DNA of 64,000 nucleotides. Source: Leucoraja erinacea (Eukaryota). The translations under genes were made by a program, and so were the position numbers. The notes below the pieces were generated by a model. That model did no database searches, had not been told where the DNA came from, and worked only from the letters and a program-made list of their open reading frames with translations. Positions 26,184 through 38,520 of the stretch are shown piece after piece. The stretch is taken from NCBI RefSeq assembly GCF_028641065.1, contig NC_073393.1, forward strand, positions 4,340,001-4,404,000, in the 5' to 3' direction. Each line of letters begins with the position of its first letter. Position 1 is the first letter of the stretch.

Positions 26184-27779
26184 CTAGGACCAAGAAAATA
26201 CAATCCATTACTTTAAAATAAATCCAAATGATTCATTTTAATTCCAGCCTCAAGGATGCTTATTTATTTTGTGGAGGGAAAAATTAAACTTAATTTAGAT
26301 TATTGCAACATGTCATGATTTGTCATATGTTATTTTTGAATATTTGCCACATTATTTGTACGATTTAAAATAATTTGACATGTAAATTTCTCTTTCAATG
26401 CCTTGTAATTGTAACTTTAACTGGTGGCAGACTAATTTCCCTCTGGGGTAAATAAAGTGGTATCATATCGTAGATCTTGCAAAATGCTTCTTCACGTATT
26501 TTAAACACGTCTAGGAGAAACTCAAAGGCAATGGTTAATTTCAAAGAAGTTTGTAATTCATCTATGCTTACATTTATGGCATGAATCTGAATGCCTTGCC
26601 TCCTTGATGTTGTTTGGACATAGTTTAATATAATGCATTGTCAATATAAATGTTTCATCTTCCAGTTACATAATTAGGCCACTGGATGGCTCTCTCTCGA
26701 AAAACAGCCGAAAAAGTGAAAAAGTTTAATGTTTGAGAGAATCAGAACCAGGCAGAAGGGTACAGTTTTTACAGATATCCATCCATAAGTTGATTTTGTC
26801 TGCAAGTTGCAAAATACACAAAAATCACGATAGATTGATAAGAGGTTGGGAGAACGGGTGGGTTGAAGAGAGAGAGAGAGAGAGCGAGAAAACAAATTCT
26901 GCCGTTCATTGGAACAAACAATTTTATGTAAGAGTTTTGAACTTATTATCTGTAAATTGAACTTAATTTTAACTAATTGCATTCAACTTTTCCAAGTAAT
27001 TTAAATTCCAAATCAACTCTTCTCACTCTACAAACCACTGATTTTATTTGCTTTGAATAGCCCAACACTGATCGACACGTGATATTATAGATATATCTGC
27101 AATAAGAGATAAACAGGTCTTTTTTATAGGAAACTAATTATAAGCAGCATGTGTCACAGCCAGTATTCAGCTCCTGCAATATGCGCTCAATCCCGGCCTG
27201 CACTGCCTGCTGTATGAATTTTGCACTCTCTGTTTTGATAGGGTTCCCTCCCACTCCCCAAAGACATGCCCATTGTTCAATCAATGGGCAATGAAACTGC
27301 CTGAATTGTGGGAGTATGATAGAATGGGGGGGTTGAATCCCATGGGAACTTCACATCTATCACTGAGCTGTTCCAGTACAGGTACAACATTGTCACCTAT
27401 CCACCATGGAAAATTGCTCAACTACACATCACATTCACAAAAGCCAGGGCAAATCAATCCAATTAACTCCTACATAAAAAGCGATGGGAAGGCATCAGTG
27501 CAATCCAGCAATACATACAAAATCAGTGTTCATAATGCTCAGCTTAGTTTTTGTACAGCTTTAGATCTCACAGTAGCCCAGGTTCAAAAACACCAGCTAG
27601 GTGAGAGTAAAGGGCCTGGAGCAGGGTGACGCCAGTATGGTCGTGAGTAGTCACCCAAAGAGTTGTACCCTTTTCCTGGTCGCCGCTGGATTTTCAACAT
27701 TTTGAACATTTTTGACGACCTGCTGCGACAATGACAGGTGCCGGCAAGTCACCGAAAAGAATCATGTAAGTGGGACAAG

Positions 27780-28320
27780 CACTTGAGTGTCCTTGACACC
27801 AGGGCTGCATTCGACCAAGTGTGACATGAAGGAGCCCTGTAAATCAGTGGACATCAAGTGGAAAACCCACCCGTGGTTGAAGTCGTACCTTGCACATAAG
27901 TCGATTTGGCTTGGTTGTTGAAGATCAATGAGACCCTAACCGCAGAACATCACCATCAGAGTTCCTCAGGATTGAGTTCTTGGTTCAAACACCTGTAGCT
28001 GCTTCAATTACTTTTTTCCACCATAAGGTCAGAACTTAGAACGTTCAGTGCTGTTTGCACAGAGTTTAATTCCACTGCAACTCCCAATAATGAAGCAGTC
28101 CATACTTTCATGTAGCAAGACTTTGCCAACATATGTGACTGGGGTTGATCAACAGCGAGAAACACTTGTGCTGCAAATGTGCCAGTCAATTGATTGTACT
28201 ATGGGAAAGTTTGACCACCTATCCTTGACATGCAGTGGCATTAGCATTAATCCCCCTGCCATCAACATCCTGAAGACCGCCCATGGACCGAGAAACCAGA
28301 CTAAACAAAAACAGCTACAA
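27780..28320 (+). mobile_element. Old degenerate non-LTR reverse-transcriptase fragment (CR1/L2-like)
   Basis: Remnants of LDxxAAFDxVxHxG (ccttgacaccagggctgcattcgaccaagtg) and GVPQG-like (agagttcctcagga) motifs, with many disablements. Confidence 0.5.
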
Positions 28321-28451
28321 TCACAGGTCAGAGGTTTGCGAACCTTTACTGCAGGTCCACCACCAATTTTCCAGCTCCCTAAATTCCAGGGTTTTTCTGG
28401 ATTATCCGTGTTGCTTGGCTATGGGGATTTTTTTTGTGTCCGGGATTAAGT

Positions 28452-28483
<32 letters not shown>

Positions 28484-29991
28484 GGGGTCGTCAGACCACC
28501 ACCAGTTTCCAGAAAATCAGTGGACACTGGATTCAAGGTGCCGCCCCACTGACATTTCAGTCACTTCCCCAACCTTGTTTCCCAAGATGGTATAAGGTGG
28601 GGAGGAGATCAGTCAAAAGACTGATTAAATTGTACAGAAGAGGATAACTTCAACACCATCCGTAGTCTGCTCCATCATCAGCTGTACCACTATAAACATT
28701 TATCCCCTTCACCACAAAGTGTCCACCGTGTGAACAATTTACAAATTGCACCGCAGTTACTCGCCCAAATGATTCTGTCTGCGGTAAGAATAGAAGCTTC
28801 AGGAATCTGGGAACACAAGCACCTGCAGGCTCCCTTTCAAGTTGCACCCCACCCTGAGTAGCAAACACATCACTTTCCTTCATTGTTACGGACTCTAAAC
28901 CTACCCAAAAGCAATTTGGCAGTACCTCCACCAGAGAAACCGCAGAGGTCACACCTGCACCTTCTCATGGGCTGTTGGGTTTTGCCAGCAACACCCAGAT
29001 CCTGAAAGATGAATAAATGAATTTCATTTAATCCCTCAAACCCTGGACATAATCCAGTCACTAGTTTCCCTGTTGCCTCCACAACAGCCTCAAGTTCTCT
29101 GCATAAGCCAAGAATTAAGGATATCAAAGAAGAGTAATAATGATGCTGAAAAATATTTGGGCCTGAAATTCATTTCCATGGAATTCATTACCATGGACGG
29201 CTGTGGAGGCAAAGTCGATGACCTGATGGGCCGAATTCTGCTCCTACAACTTATGATAAATAGTAAAATAAAATTCACCAAATTGTTGAGATGTTAAGCC
29301 CAGAACCCACAGAATTTGCTTACGTTGGACATCATGGACTCATGGTCTTTGTCCCATGTAAATGGCATTGTCTCACACCTTATTTTAAAGTCGAATTCCT
29401 GGGAAGTAGTCCCAAACCTGGCTATTCAAACATCAGCACCCTCCTTCACAATATAGCCATCCCAAGGCAAAAGCAAATCACAACACCATACCAAATTATT
29501 AAAGGGGAATGGCATCGCCAGAATCCAGCATTGTATATTTTTATACTCAGCCCTCAGATCCAGGAGGTTTACATTAACAAAATCCAATTCCAAGAATGTT
29601 GTCCTTTGGAAAAACATTACCCGGAGCAGGTTAATTTTAGATGCCTAACTTGCATCGATATGTTCTGACTGTAGTTTAAACACAACTTAATTGCATGTGA
29701 CCAAGTAGCAGAACACTCGGGATAAGGAATGGCTATGTGGAGAAAGGACAGGGGGAAAAAAAGAGATGAGATCACTAGATCATGGGTCGAGCCTGGGAAC
29801 GGATAGGAGAGAAGGTTAAATAAACCATTGATTCAGACCTCTTGTTTAAACTACAAGTTGAGCCTCTCCGCTATCCTATTTGCTCTTCCAATTATTCCTT
29901 AACCACATTGCATTGAAAAACTACTTTATTAATTTTCTACTCAATACTTTGAGAATGCCACAACATGCAGGAGCATAATAGTTGATCATAC

Positions 29992-30068
29992 CAGTCCAGG
30001 TATAGTTGTAATCCTCTGCAGTGTAACCTTCAGGATAACCACTATAATATTCCACCACTTCATTCGTT
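29992..30068 (-). CDS. NCOA5-like exon, Tyr-rich (TNEVVEYYSGYPEGYTAEDYNYTWT)
   Basis: Acceptor tgtttgtcctcttttag, donor CTG|GTATGA, 77 nt, phase 2-1 fits both neighbours. Confidence 0.7.
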
Positions 30069-30831
30069 CTAAAAGAGGACAAACAGATAAATATGAATGC
30101 TATAAAATGAGGTTCTACTTATCCAATGAAAACAAAGATATCGCAATTTTTGCAGTTAACTAAATTATATAAGCAAGAAAGCAATTGTACAATATGAAAG
30201 CTGTCATTGCAAGCTTCAGAACACAATCCTCTACTGTGGTGGAACTGGACAGGCGATATTTTGGGACCAGATGCATCGCCTATCCGTTCCCCCAGTGATG
30301 CTGGCTTATCTACCGCGTTCCTCAAACACAATGTTTTGATCACGACCGTAATTCCATATTTTCTGAACTTTATCTTCCATACCTTGGCACAGCTTCTCTT
30401 GCAATGTTGTATTCTGTGGACGCGTAAGCACTTGAGGGAGGGAGAGAGAGCAAAAGTGTCAATTTCCAGGCATTGGGTTGAAACCATTTTAATATAACAA
30501 AGAACCCATTCTATGCACTGTCACAGAAGGCTGGCCATAATGACAAGAGATGCAGGTAATCAATTAAAGTCTTGCAGGAAATTTCCAGCTTTGTTGGCTG
30601 GACGTAATACATTAGTGGTTTTCCAAACAGTCACGTCAACTTCCACTATAGAACAGAGCTCTTTTCAATGGAAATTAGCAATATTTGAACAATGGAATTC
30701 TACATTGGACTAGTCCAGAGGAAATGTCATTAAATTTCAAAAAATTGACAAATATTAATGATAGAACCAGCCAAAATTAGATGAACAATCCCTTCATAGA
30801 ATAGTACATATTATTTTTAAACTTCCCTTAC

Positions 30832-30890
30832 CTTCCATCTGCGCTCAGTTTGTGTGTTTGGGCCACCCTAGGTTTTATCCAAGTAGCCAT
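30832..30890 (-). CDS. NCOA5-like first coding exon (MATWIKPRVAQTHKLSADG-R)
   Basis: Acceptor cttatttctgtag (exon starts 30896), strong Kozak aagATGG at 30890, donor AAG|GTAAGG, phase 2. Confidence 0.7.
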
Positions 30891-31162
30891 CTTTACCTAC
30901 AGAAATAAGTGATTGAGAAAGCATCAACTAAACGTCCTTTTCTTCAATAGCTTCAAGAAATAAATTGCCCATTTGCACATTTTGCTTTGAATGCATTCAC
31001 AATCCTATATCTGTCTTTGCCCTTATACCTTCAAAACAATTCAGAAGAAACTGCATTTTATATAAAAATGAAGTAGGAATCTAAACAGTGCAATAACATT
31101 GCAGATTGATAGGTAACAGGTTAAAATGTACATTTCAAGGTACAAAACATCTCATAGGCCAA

Positions 31163-31365
31163 TGTCCCTGCCCCACTTAGGAAACCTGAACAGAAACCTC
31201 TGGAGACTTTGCGCCCCACCCAAGGTTTCCGTGCGGTTCCTGGAGGTTGCAGGTGGTTGCAGGTAGGGAGACTGACAAAAACCTCCGGGAATCGCACGGA
31301 AACCTTGGGTGGGGCGCAAAGTCTCCAGAGGTTTCCATTCAGGTTTCCTAAGTGGGACAGGGGCA
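31163..31365. mobile_element. Palindromic MITE, PIF/Harbinger-type
   Basis: ~80-bp inverted arms (tgtccctgccccacttaggaaacctg... / ...caggtttcctaagtgggacaggggca), flanked by caa and taa. The terminal GTCCCACT motif is shared with the Harbinger at 40134-41343. Confidence 0.8.
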
Positions 31366-32821
31366 TAACTCACAGATCAATTATACTGAGTAGAAGGGTC
31401 TCGACCCGAAACGTTGCCAATTTCCTTCGCTCCAGAGATGCTGCCTCAACCGCTGAGTTTCTCCAACATTTTTGTCTACCTTTGATTTTCCAGCATCTGC
31501 AGTTCCATCTTAAATAATTATACTGAGTAAGTAGTTTGTCATAAACTTAGCCCAAACGGCAGCTGGATAATAACAAACTAGAACTGTATTTTGCCTTAAC
31601 ACCAAGTTACCAGACCACACACAATATGCGGTACTTTTGAAACAGGCAAGATCCTGACGAGGCTTAACAAGGTGGATGTGATGATGGTGTTCCTCTGGTG
31701 GCAGGATGCAATGTTGCAAAACAAGGATTTGCTATTTAAGACAGGAGGTAAAATGTTGTCTCAGAGGGTGGCATGCCTTTAAAGTACCATCGCAAAGGCC
31801 CGTTCCTGTGCTGTACTGTTCCAGTTGTCAAAATATCTAATTATCATATGAACTTCCTTCACAAACTTAATGTACACTCATTCCATTTCCTGTGTTTTTT
31901 ATTCTCACGCCATTGCTCAAATTGACATTTATGTATACGAGCACTCATGCACATGCAAACATGCTGACATTTTAAAAGGTGGAAGCGACTATTTATGTAG
32001 GTTAATGTGTCCCTTTATAAAAAGCCCAGTGGCTCCAACAGACCCAGACCAAATAGCTAGTTTGCTTGAAAGGTAACTATGCACAATGGGCATTTGGCAA
32101 CAAATACACTCTTTCAAATGAGATTTATTTCCTCAAGCATCTTGACAGAATGGGGGAAAAATATCCAACTGCACTCTTTTTCAATTCTATACCATAAGAC
32201 CAAAAGCTCCACAAAATATGCTGGAACCCTAAAGTAAATATGGGGAATGCTGAAACTACTCAGCAAGACATGCAGTAGTTGCAAAACAAATAAATTACTG
32301 ATATAAGTTGACACCTTGATGATCAACAAAAACAAAATCACTATGTTCTAACCACTGTGACAGACAGTTTATCTTCAACAATGGAAAGTCAACAAACTAA
32401 CACATTAATGTTTTTGTATACAACATGGCAATTATGAAATTTGATTCAGCAGCACAATCTCAAAGCTACCAAGTATACTTGTTGAAACAAAGTTGAGCAA
32501 CACCAAAAAATAAATAATTTCAACAAACTCAAGTTCATCTAATGAAAATTATATGACAGGACCACTTCCTGTCAGGATCAGGAGTCCGCATTCTTGGTGA
32601 TCGCTAGTCGACGCGGATGGTGGGCTGAAGGGCCTGTTTCCATGCTGTATCACTAAACTAAACTTTTGATTTTACAGAGTAATTCAAATGTTAGCAAAAA
32701 GGATAATTAAATGCAAATGTCAATTTGCCGCTTCTGACAAATCTGATAGATCTGGTGCAAAACAAACCATGTGTTTCCATTATTATTTGTAAATTTCATG
32801 GCTATAAAATGCAAACGTTGA

Positions 32822-33105
32822 AGATAAGGGGAAGTCTTTTAGGACCGAGATGAGAAAATCATTTTTTACACAGAGAGTGGTGAATCTATGGAATTCTCTG
32901 CCACGGAAGGTAGTTGAGGCCAGTTCATTGGCTATATTTAAGAGGGAGTTAGATGTGGCCCTTGTGGCTAAAGGGATCAGGGGGTATGGAGAGAAGGCAG
33001 GGATGGGATACCGAGTTGGATGATCAGCCATGATCATATAGAATGGCGGTGCAGGCTCGAAGGGCCAAATGGCCTACTCCTGCACCTATTTTCTATGTTT
33101 CTATT
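32822..33105 (+). mobile_element. CR1/HER1-like LINE 3' end fragment
   Basis: [22 protein letters not shown]-type coding tail, followed by cctgcacctattttctatgtttctat. Confidence 0.85.
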
Positions 33106-33808
33106 TAAAATGAAAAATAAATATTTGATAGATCATGGAACAGGATATGAAGTAACACCAGCGTAGAATAGTCATGAAGACCTCTCTGAAGACCTGCCCC
33201 CATTTTCTAGTGTAAAACAATTTTAAATAAAAACTTTATTCCATTTAATGACAATTGTGGGTTTCAGACCATCTCAAATTTGGAAAATAGTTGACTTGTG
33301 CTTGTTAGATCTTAAAAATCTACTCTAATTGAATAGCATTTTTTCCCTTCTAAACTTGAGTCGACTTTCTCAATAAATTCTTAACATATCAGCATCAAAT
33401 ACATACAGAGTCTCCAAAACACTATGTTACAAACCAGCACTAGACTGTTTTCAGGCCAGTGGTTGGGGAAGGCCTGCAGGGAAAGGATTTGGTTGAATTA
33501 AAGCGGAGGAGTAGGATTTGTCCAGCCAGGATGGAGGTGAGGGATGGAAAGATAGGGAGTGAGGGAAGGGAAAAGAGGAAAAGGGGAAGGAAAGAGGGGT
33601 GGAGGGAAGGGAAGAGGGGTGGAGGGAAGGGAGGGAGAGTCAGCAGCATAGGCGGGAAGGCTGGTGAGCGGGGACAGAGCAGAGCAGGCCCCGGGCCTAG
33701 GCTCGAGCGAGTGTCAACTCTGCTCCACCATCACCATCGACGGCAGCATCAAGGCCGCGCCGCCACGTACAGCAACAAAGGCAGAGTCGTGGCCCCAGCA
33801 ACGGGACC

Positions 33809-34560
33809 TCACGGGGGGGGGGGGAGAAGGGGGGGGGGAGGGGGGGAGGGAGGGGGGGAGGGAAGGGGGGGGGGGAGAGAGAGGGGGGGGGGAGGAGGGG
33901 GGGGGGGGATGGGAGGGGAGGGGGGGGGGGGAGAAGGGGAGGGGGGGGGGAGGGAGAAGGGGAGGAGGGAGGAGGGGGGGGGGGTATAGGGGGGGGGAGG
34001 GAGAGGGGGGGGGGTGGGGGGGGGGGGGGGGGGGGGGGGAGGGAGGGGGGGGGGGGCACGGGTTTTGGAGTTGGAGGGGGTGAGAGAGAGAGAGAGAGAG
34101 AGAGGGGCGAGAGGGGGGGGGGGAGGGGAGAGAGAAGGGGGGGAGAGAGGGGGGGGAGAGAGGGGGGGGGGGAGAGAGAGGGTGGAGGGGGGGCGGGTGG
34201 GGGGGGGGGAGGGGGGGGGTGGGTGGTGGAGGGGGGGGGGGGGGGGGGGTGCGGGGGGGTGGGAAGGGGGGGGGGGGGGAGTGGGGGGGTGGGGGGGAGA
34301 GGGGGGGGGGAGTTGGGGTTGGGGGGAGGGGGGGGGGTGGGGGGGGGGGAGAGGGGGGGGGGCGGGGGTGGGGGGGGGGGGAGAGAATGTGGGGGGAGGG
34401 GGCGGGCGGGGGGAATGTGGGGGGAATGTGGGGGGGGAGATGGGAGGGGGCGGGGGGCAATGTGGGGGGGGGGGGGGGGGGGAATGGGGGCGGGGGGGGA
34501 ATGAGGGGGGCGGGGGGGGGGCGGCAGGGGGGGGGAGGGGCAGGGCAGGCCGAGGGAAGC
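33809..34560 (+). repeat. G-rich low-complexity tract
   Basis: Roughly 750 nt dominated by G runs with (GA)n; the poly-Pro/Gly ORFs here are a by-product of composition. Confidence 0.85.
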
Positions 34561-34589
34561 AGGGAAGGAGGCCGCGGGCCGACACTCAC

Positions 34590-34650
34590 CGCCTCACGCA
34601 CTCTCCGTCGACGCCGCCGACGACGACCGCGACCGGAACCGGAACCCGCG
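34590..34650 (-). other. Putative non-coding exon 1 of the NCOA5-like gene (5' boundary approximate)
   Basis: Consensus donor GCG|GTGAGT at 34590/34589 on the minus strand, inside the CpG island and just past the ETS/CRE/CCAAT promoter motifs. Confidence 0.55.
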
Positions 34651-34840
34651 CTTGCTCTGACGTCACCATCCCCGCTCCTTCCTCCGGCCCAATCAGGGCG
34701 CCGTTGTCATCGGGCGCTGGGCGGCGGCGAGGCCAGCCAATGGGCGAGGGCGTGTGAAGAGGCGGGCGGGCGGAGCGGAGCGGGCTGTCCGGGCGGGAGG
34801 AGGAGGACGGCGGCGGCGGGCGGCGCCATCATCATCATCA
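34600..34840. promoter_or_regulatory. Bidirectional CpG-island promoter shared by the NCOA5-like gene and cnep1r1
   Basis: Tandem CCGGAA ETS cores (34633-34644), perfect CRE TGACGTCA (34658-34665), CCAAT boxes at 34689-34693 (CCAATCAG) and 34737-34741, GC boxes. It lies between a minus-strand donor at 34590 and the cnep1r1 ATG at 34843. Confidence 0.75.
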
Positions 34841-34842
34841 TG

Positions 34843-34867
34843 ATGAACTCCCTGGAGCAGGCGGAGG
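34843..34867 (+). CDS. CNEP1R1: CNEP1R1 exon 1 (MNSLEQAE)
   Basis: ATG at 34843 (a second in-frame ATG lies at 34840), donor AGG|GTGAGC. Confidence 0.92.
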
Positions 34868-35724
34868 GTGAGCCAGGTGCAGCGAGTGACTGCCTCACAC
34901 CGACTACACACGCACTAAATTACCGGAGTTAACTCGGCGGGACAGGCAGCGTCCCTGGAGAGAAGGAATGGGTGACGTTCCGGGTCTTCAGAGTGAGAGG
35001 CATAGAGATAAGGAAGGGTAAGGTGTGAAAAGGACAGATCACAACAGCCGAAATGTGGAGGAAGGAACTGTAGATGCGAAGATAGACACAAAATGCTGGA
35101 GTAACTCAGTGGGACAGGCAACATCTCTGGAGACAGATTCTTGATTAGATAGTGCAGGTGTCAGAGGTTATGGGGAGAAGGCAGGAGAATGGGGTTTAAG
35201 AGGGAGAGATAGATCAGCCATAATTGAAAGGCAGAGTAGAATAGATGGGCCAAATGGCCTAATTCTGCTCCTGTCACTTATGACCCGAAACGTCACCTAT
35301 TCCTTTTCTCCAGAGATGCTGAGTTACCCCAGCACTCTGTCTCTTCAGATCAAAGGAGAGGCTGATCAAGGAAATGTAGAATGGTTCATTGTCGTCTGAG
35401 GGGAAGGTGACAACGAGGTGTACAATCAGTAAAATTAATCAGGAGGCGGGTGATACTAGTCGGAGAACTACGGTGGGGAAGGGACAGAGAGAGAGAGAGG
35501 GAAAGCAAGGGTTATCTGAAGTTAGAGAAGTCAATATTCAGACCGCTGGGGTGTAAGCTGCCCAAGCGAAATATGAGCTGCTGTGCCTTCCATTTGCGTT
35601 TTTGACAAGAGGGATAGCAATGACGGTTGTGTCCGCGGGCAGTGAGAAGTGGGACAGACCGAGTGATACGAGGGTTTGTTTGTTGTTGTTGTACGTGTTT
35701 TTTTTTCCTTCTTTGTGTGTGCAG

Positions 35725-35796
35725 ACCTCAAGGCTTTCGAGCGGCGGCTGACCGAGTACATCTCCTGCCTGCAGCCGGCAACCGGGCGGTGGCGAA
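35725..35796 (+). CDS. CNEP1R1: CNEP1R1 exon 2 ([24 protein letters not shown])
   Basis: Acceptor ctttgtgtgtgcag, donor GAA|GTGAGT, 72 nt. Confidence 0.95.
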
Positions 35797-37945
35797 GTGA
35801 GTGCGCCCAGGACTTTAATCACACCACAGTCCCGGCCTGTCCATCTCCTCCACAGGTGCTGCCCGACCCACTGAGATCTGTGTGTCAACCCGCATCTGCG
35901 GTTCCTTCTGTTTCAACCGGTTAACTGGCTGTTGATAATTATGATAGAACAAAATGCTGGAGTAACTCAGTGGGTCAGGCAGCATCTCTGATTGAATTGA
36001 ATTGAATACTTTATTGTCACATGTGTCAAATCACGGTGAAATTCTTTGCTTGCAAGGTATGCAAATAGTCACCAATAAAGGGTGCTTGCAAAGTTACAAA
36101 GCACCCCTGCGCTAGGTCCCCCATTGTTTCTCCCCCCCCCACCCTCACAGTGGTCCCCCCATGCCGGGTCCCCATTGCTTAAGAAAGAACTGCAGATGCT
36201 GGAAAAAATCGAAGGTAGACAAAAATGCTGGAGAAACTCAGTGGGTGAGGCAGCATCTATGGATCGAAGGAATAGGTGACGTTTTGGGACGAGACCCTTC
36301 TTCAGACTGATTGTCCCCATTGTTTCTACCGTTCTTTGATTGTTGATGTTTTAGGTTGGGACCCTTCTTCAGACTGAGATTCAAGGGAAAGAGGAGTGAG
36401 ATATAGACGGTACTTAGGAGAAATAAATGGAAGATATGCAAAAGACAAAGATAATCAAGTCAATGTGTACCACACAATAGGCCATTGTTGAGCTGCAGAG
36501 CAGGAGGAATCACAGAGGGGGGGCAACGAGAGAAGGTTTTGCAGAACTCTAGTTGGAGAGAGGGAGAGAACCTCATCAAAGTAGGCATACCATGGGGAGA
36601 TTTTATAGTGGAGCCGACAGTGGAGGAACTGCAGATGCTGGTTTAAACTGAAGGGAGACAAAGAAATCCAGAGTCTTGGCAGGTCAGGCAACATCTCTGG
36701 AGAAAAGGAATAAGTGATGTTTCAGGTCGAAATCCTTCCTAAGACTGTTGGGGGATAGAGGACGAGATGATGCCTGTTGTAGGTGGATGGTTGGCATCAG
36801 AGAGTTATCTCAGCTTTGTTTTAAACAATGAACTTCTATTAGAGCACACACTAGAAATATTAGAGCACACACTAGAAATAATATTGTTAACAACCTGCAT
36901 GATCCAAATTGTAACAAAGTGGTTTAGTTAAAGAATGAATAGCAAGATCGTGGGATGATTTGCCAGTCAACCCCACCTTTTACTGGCAGATGTTGTCGAG
37001 CTGGAATATTAAGTTGATCCAGGCAAATGGCGAGATTCCATCACATTGTCGAACCCAGGTCTCTGCCGCTGTAAAGCAGCAGTTCTACCGTTGCACCACT
37101 GCTGCCCCTAATGCAAGGAGGATCATTGATGAAACGGGTGACTATAGATCCACTTGCGACACTGGCCTGAAGAAATCCTGCAGCAATGTTTTCTGACTGA
37201 GGGACTTGACCTTCACCTACCCTTATCATCTCCCTGAGTTCCATGTGATCTCGGCCTGTGGTTGGAATGCCAATTCCATTTTACTCAGACTCCCTGTTGC
37301 AACATTTGATCATATGCTGACTTGATGTTAAAAGCAGTCATTCTCAGCTGGTCTCAGTAATTCACAACATTTTCATATTTTAACAAAGGATAGAATTGGT
37401 CTTGATTGGTCTTTGTGGGGGGGCAGGTAGAGAGAGAGACAAGTTGGGCATAAATGCCCAGTATATTCAGCTAATCAACAACACTTTCGATCTTGTTGTA
37501 AAAAAGGAGTTGTAGATGCTCGCTTCCCAAAGATAGACACAAGACAATGATAGTCAGGCAGCATCTCTGTAGAAAATGGATGTGACATTTCTGGATGGGA
37601 CCCTTCTTTAGACTTGCTTTCTATCACCTAGTAAATGAGTGAGAATGTACAAATAGAGCAGTTCCTTATCCAAAATTGGCCAGCCTGTATTTAGGGTAGT
37701 GTAATTCGGTGCGCTAACCTAGACAGTACTGTTAGAATCTATAGTTAAAACATATTGCCTTTGTGTTCATTGTATGGAGTGACTAGAATTTGATGAAAAC
37801 TGGATACTAATGTGTCTTGAGATTTATATAAATAACTACTGTGCATTTGCAATTGTACCTTCCTAGGAATGTCAATATTACTGTCATTTTAAAAACCTTG
37901 CCCATCAAAATATGAACTAATTCACGTTCATCTTTTTATTTGCAG

Positions 37946-38019
37946 TGATTCTTATTGTGGTTTCTGTATGTACTGCCACAGGTGCTTGGAACTGGTTAAT
38001 AGATCCTGAAACACAAAAG
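37946..38019 (+). CDS. CNEP1R1: CNEP1R1 exon 3 ([25 protein letters not shown])
   Basis: Acceptor ctttttatttgcag, donor AAG|GTAATT, 74 nt. Confidence 0.95.
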
Positions 38020-38276
38020 GTAATTTAAAACTTATTTATAATTCACAATTTAATAATTCACAAAATATGTTGTTGCTTTGGCTTTTCTAGCATTTTTATT
38101 CATTCATTCATCCACCATCGTTGAAAACATTAGTGGCGCAGTGGTGCTGGTTTCCGACGGGAACGGTGACGGACGCACCACACATCTCCGTCCTCCATTT
38201 TCTGCGGACTTCCGCCGCTGGAAGTATAGGATTTTGGTGTGTGTGCTTTATCATCATTCCCTACAATGCTATGTAC

Positions 38277-38520
38277 GACAGTGATCGCAACTTCTACTGA
38301 AGTGTGGATGGCCGTTGGCTTGCTAGAAGCTCATCTGCCCTTTTTGACAGGTCTTGTTTTTGGTCCTGCTGGGGGTCCACAGCCCCCTCCTCACCTGGCA
38401 AACCATGGGGGGGGGGGGGGGGGGGGGGGGAGACGGTTTAGTCGCCGACTATCCGACCATGGAGCAGGTAGCACGGGATTACATGGTAGCCGTGGCGGGG
38501 GGAACTCCACCCTGACCTCA
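38277..38520 (+). repeat. Unclassified ~230-bp GC-rich interspersed repeat, copy 1
   Basis: Highly similar inverted copy at 55390-55618. Confidence 0.75.

Larger units (their letters stand above)
16058..34650 (-). other. Gene model span: NCOA5-like (nuclear receptor coactivator 5 paralog), 347 aa; CDS join(30890-30832, 30068-29992, 26183-26054, 25378-25179, 22415-22134, 20760-20695, 20405-20217, 16098-16058)
   Basis: All eight exons have GT-AG boundaries with compatible phases and sum to 1044 nt (348 codons) with no internal stop. The three central exons align by eye to the conserved NCOA5 core. Confidence 0.75.

Noticed and set aside
33459-34932. Long poly-Pro and poly-Gly ORFs (up to 295 aa)
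   Set aside because: They are by-products of the G/C homopolymer tract, which has no stops in several frames. Only the final MNSLEQAE segment is real (cnep1r1 exon 1).
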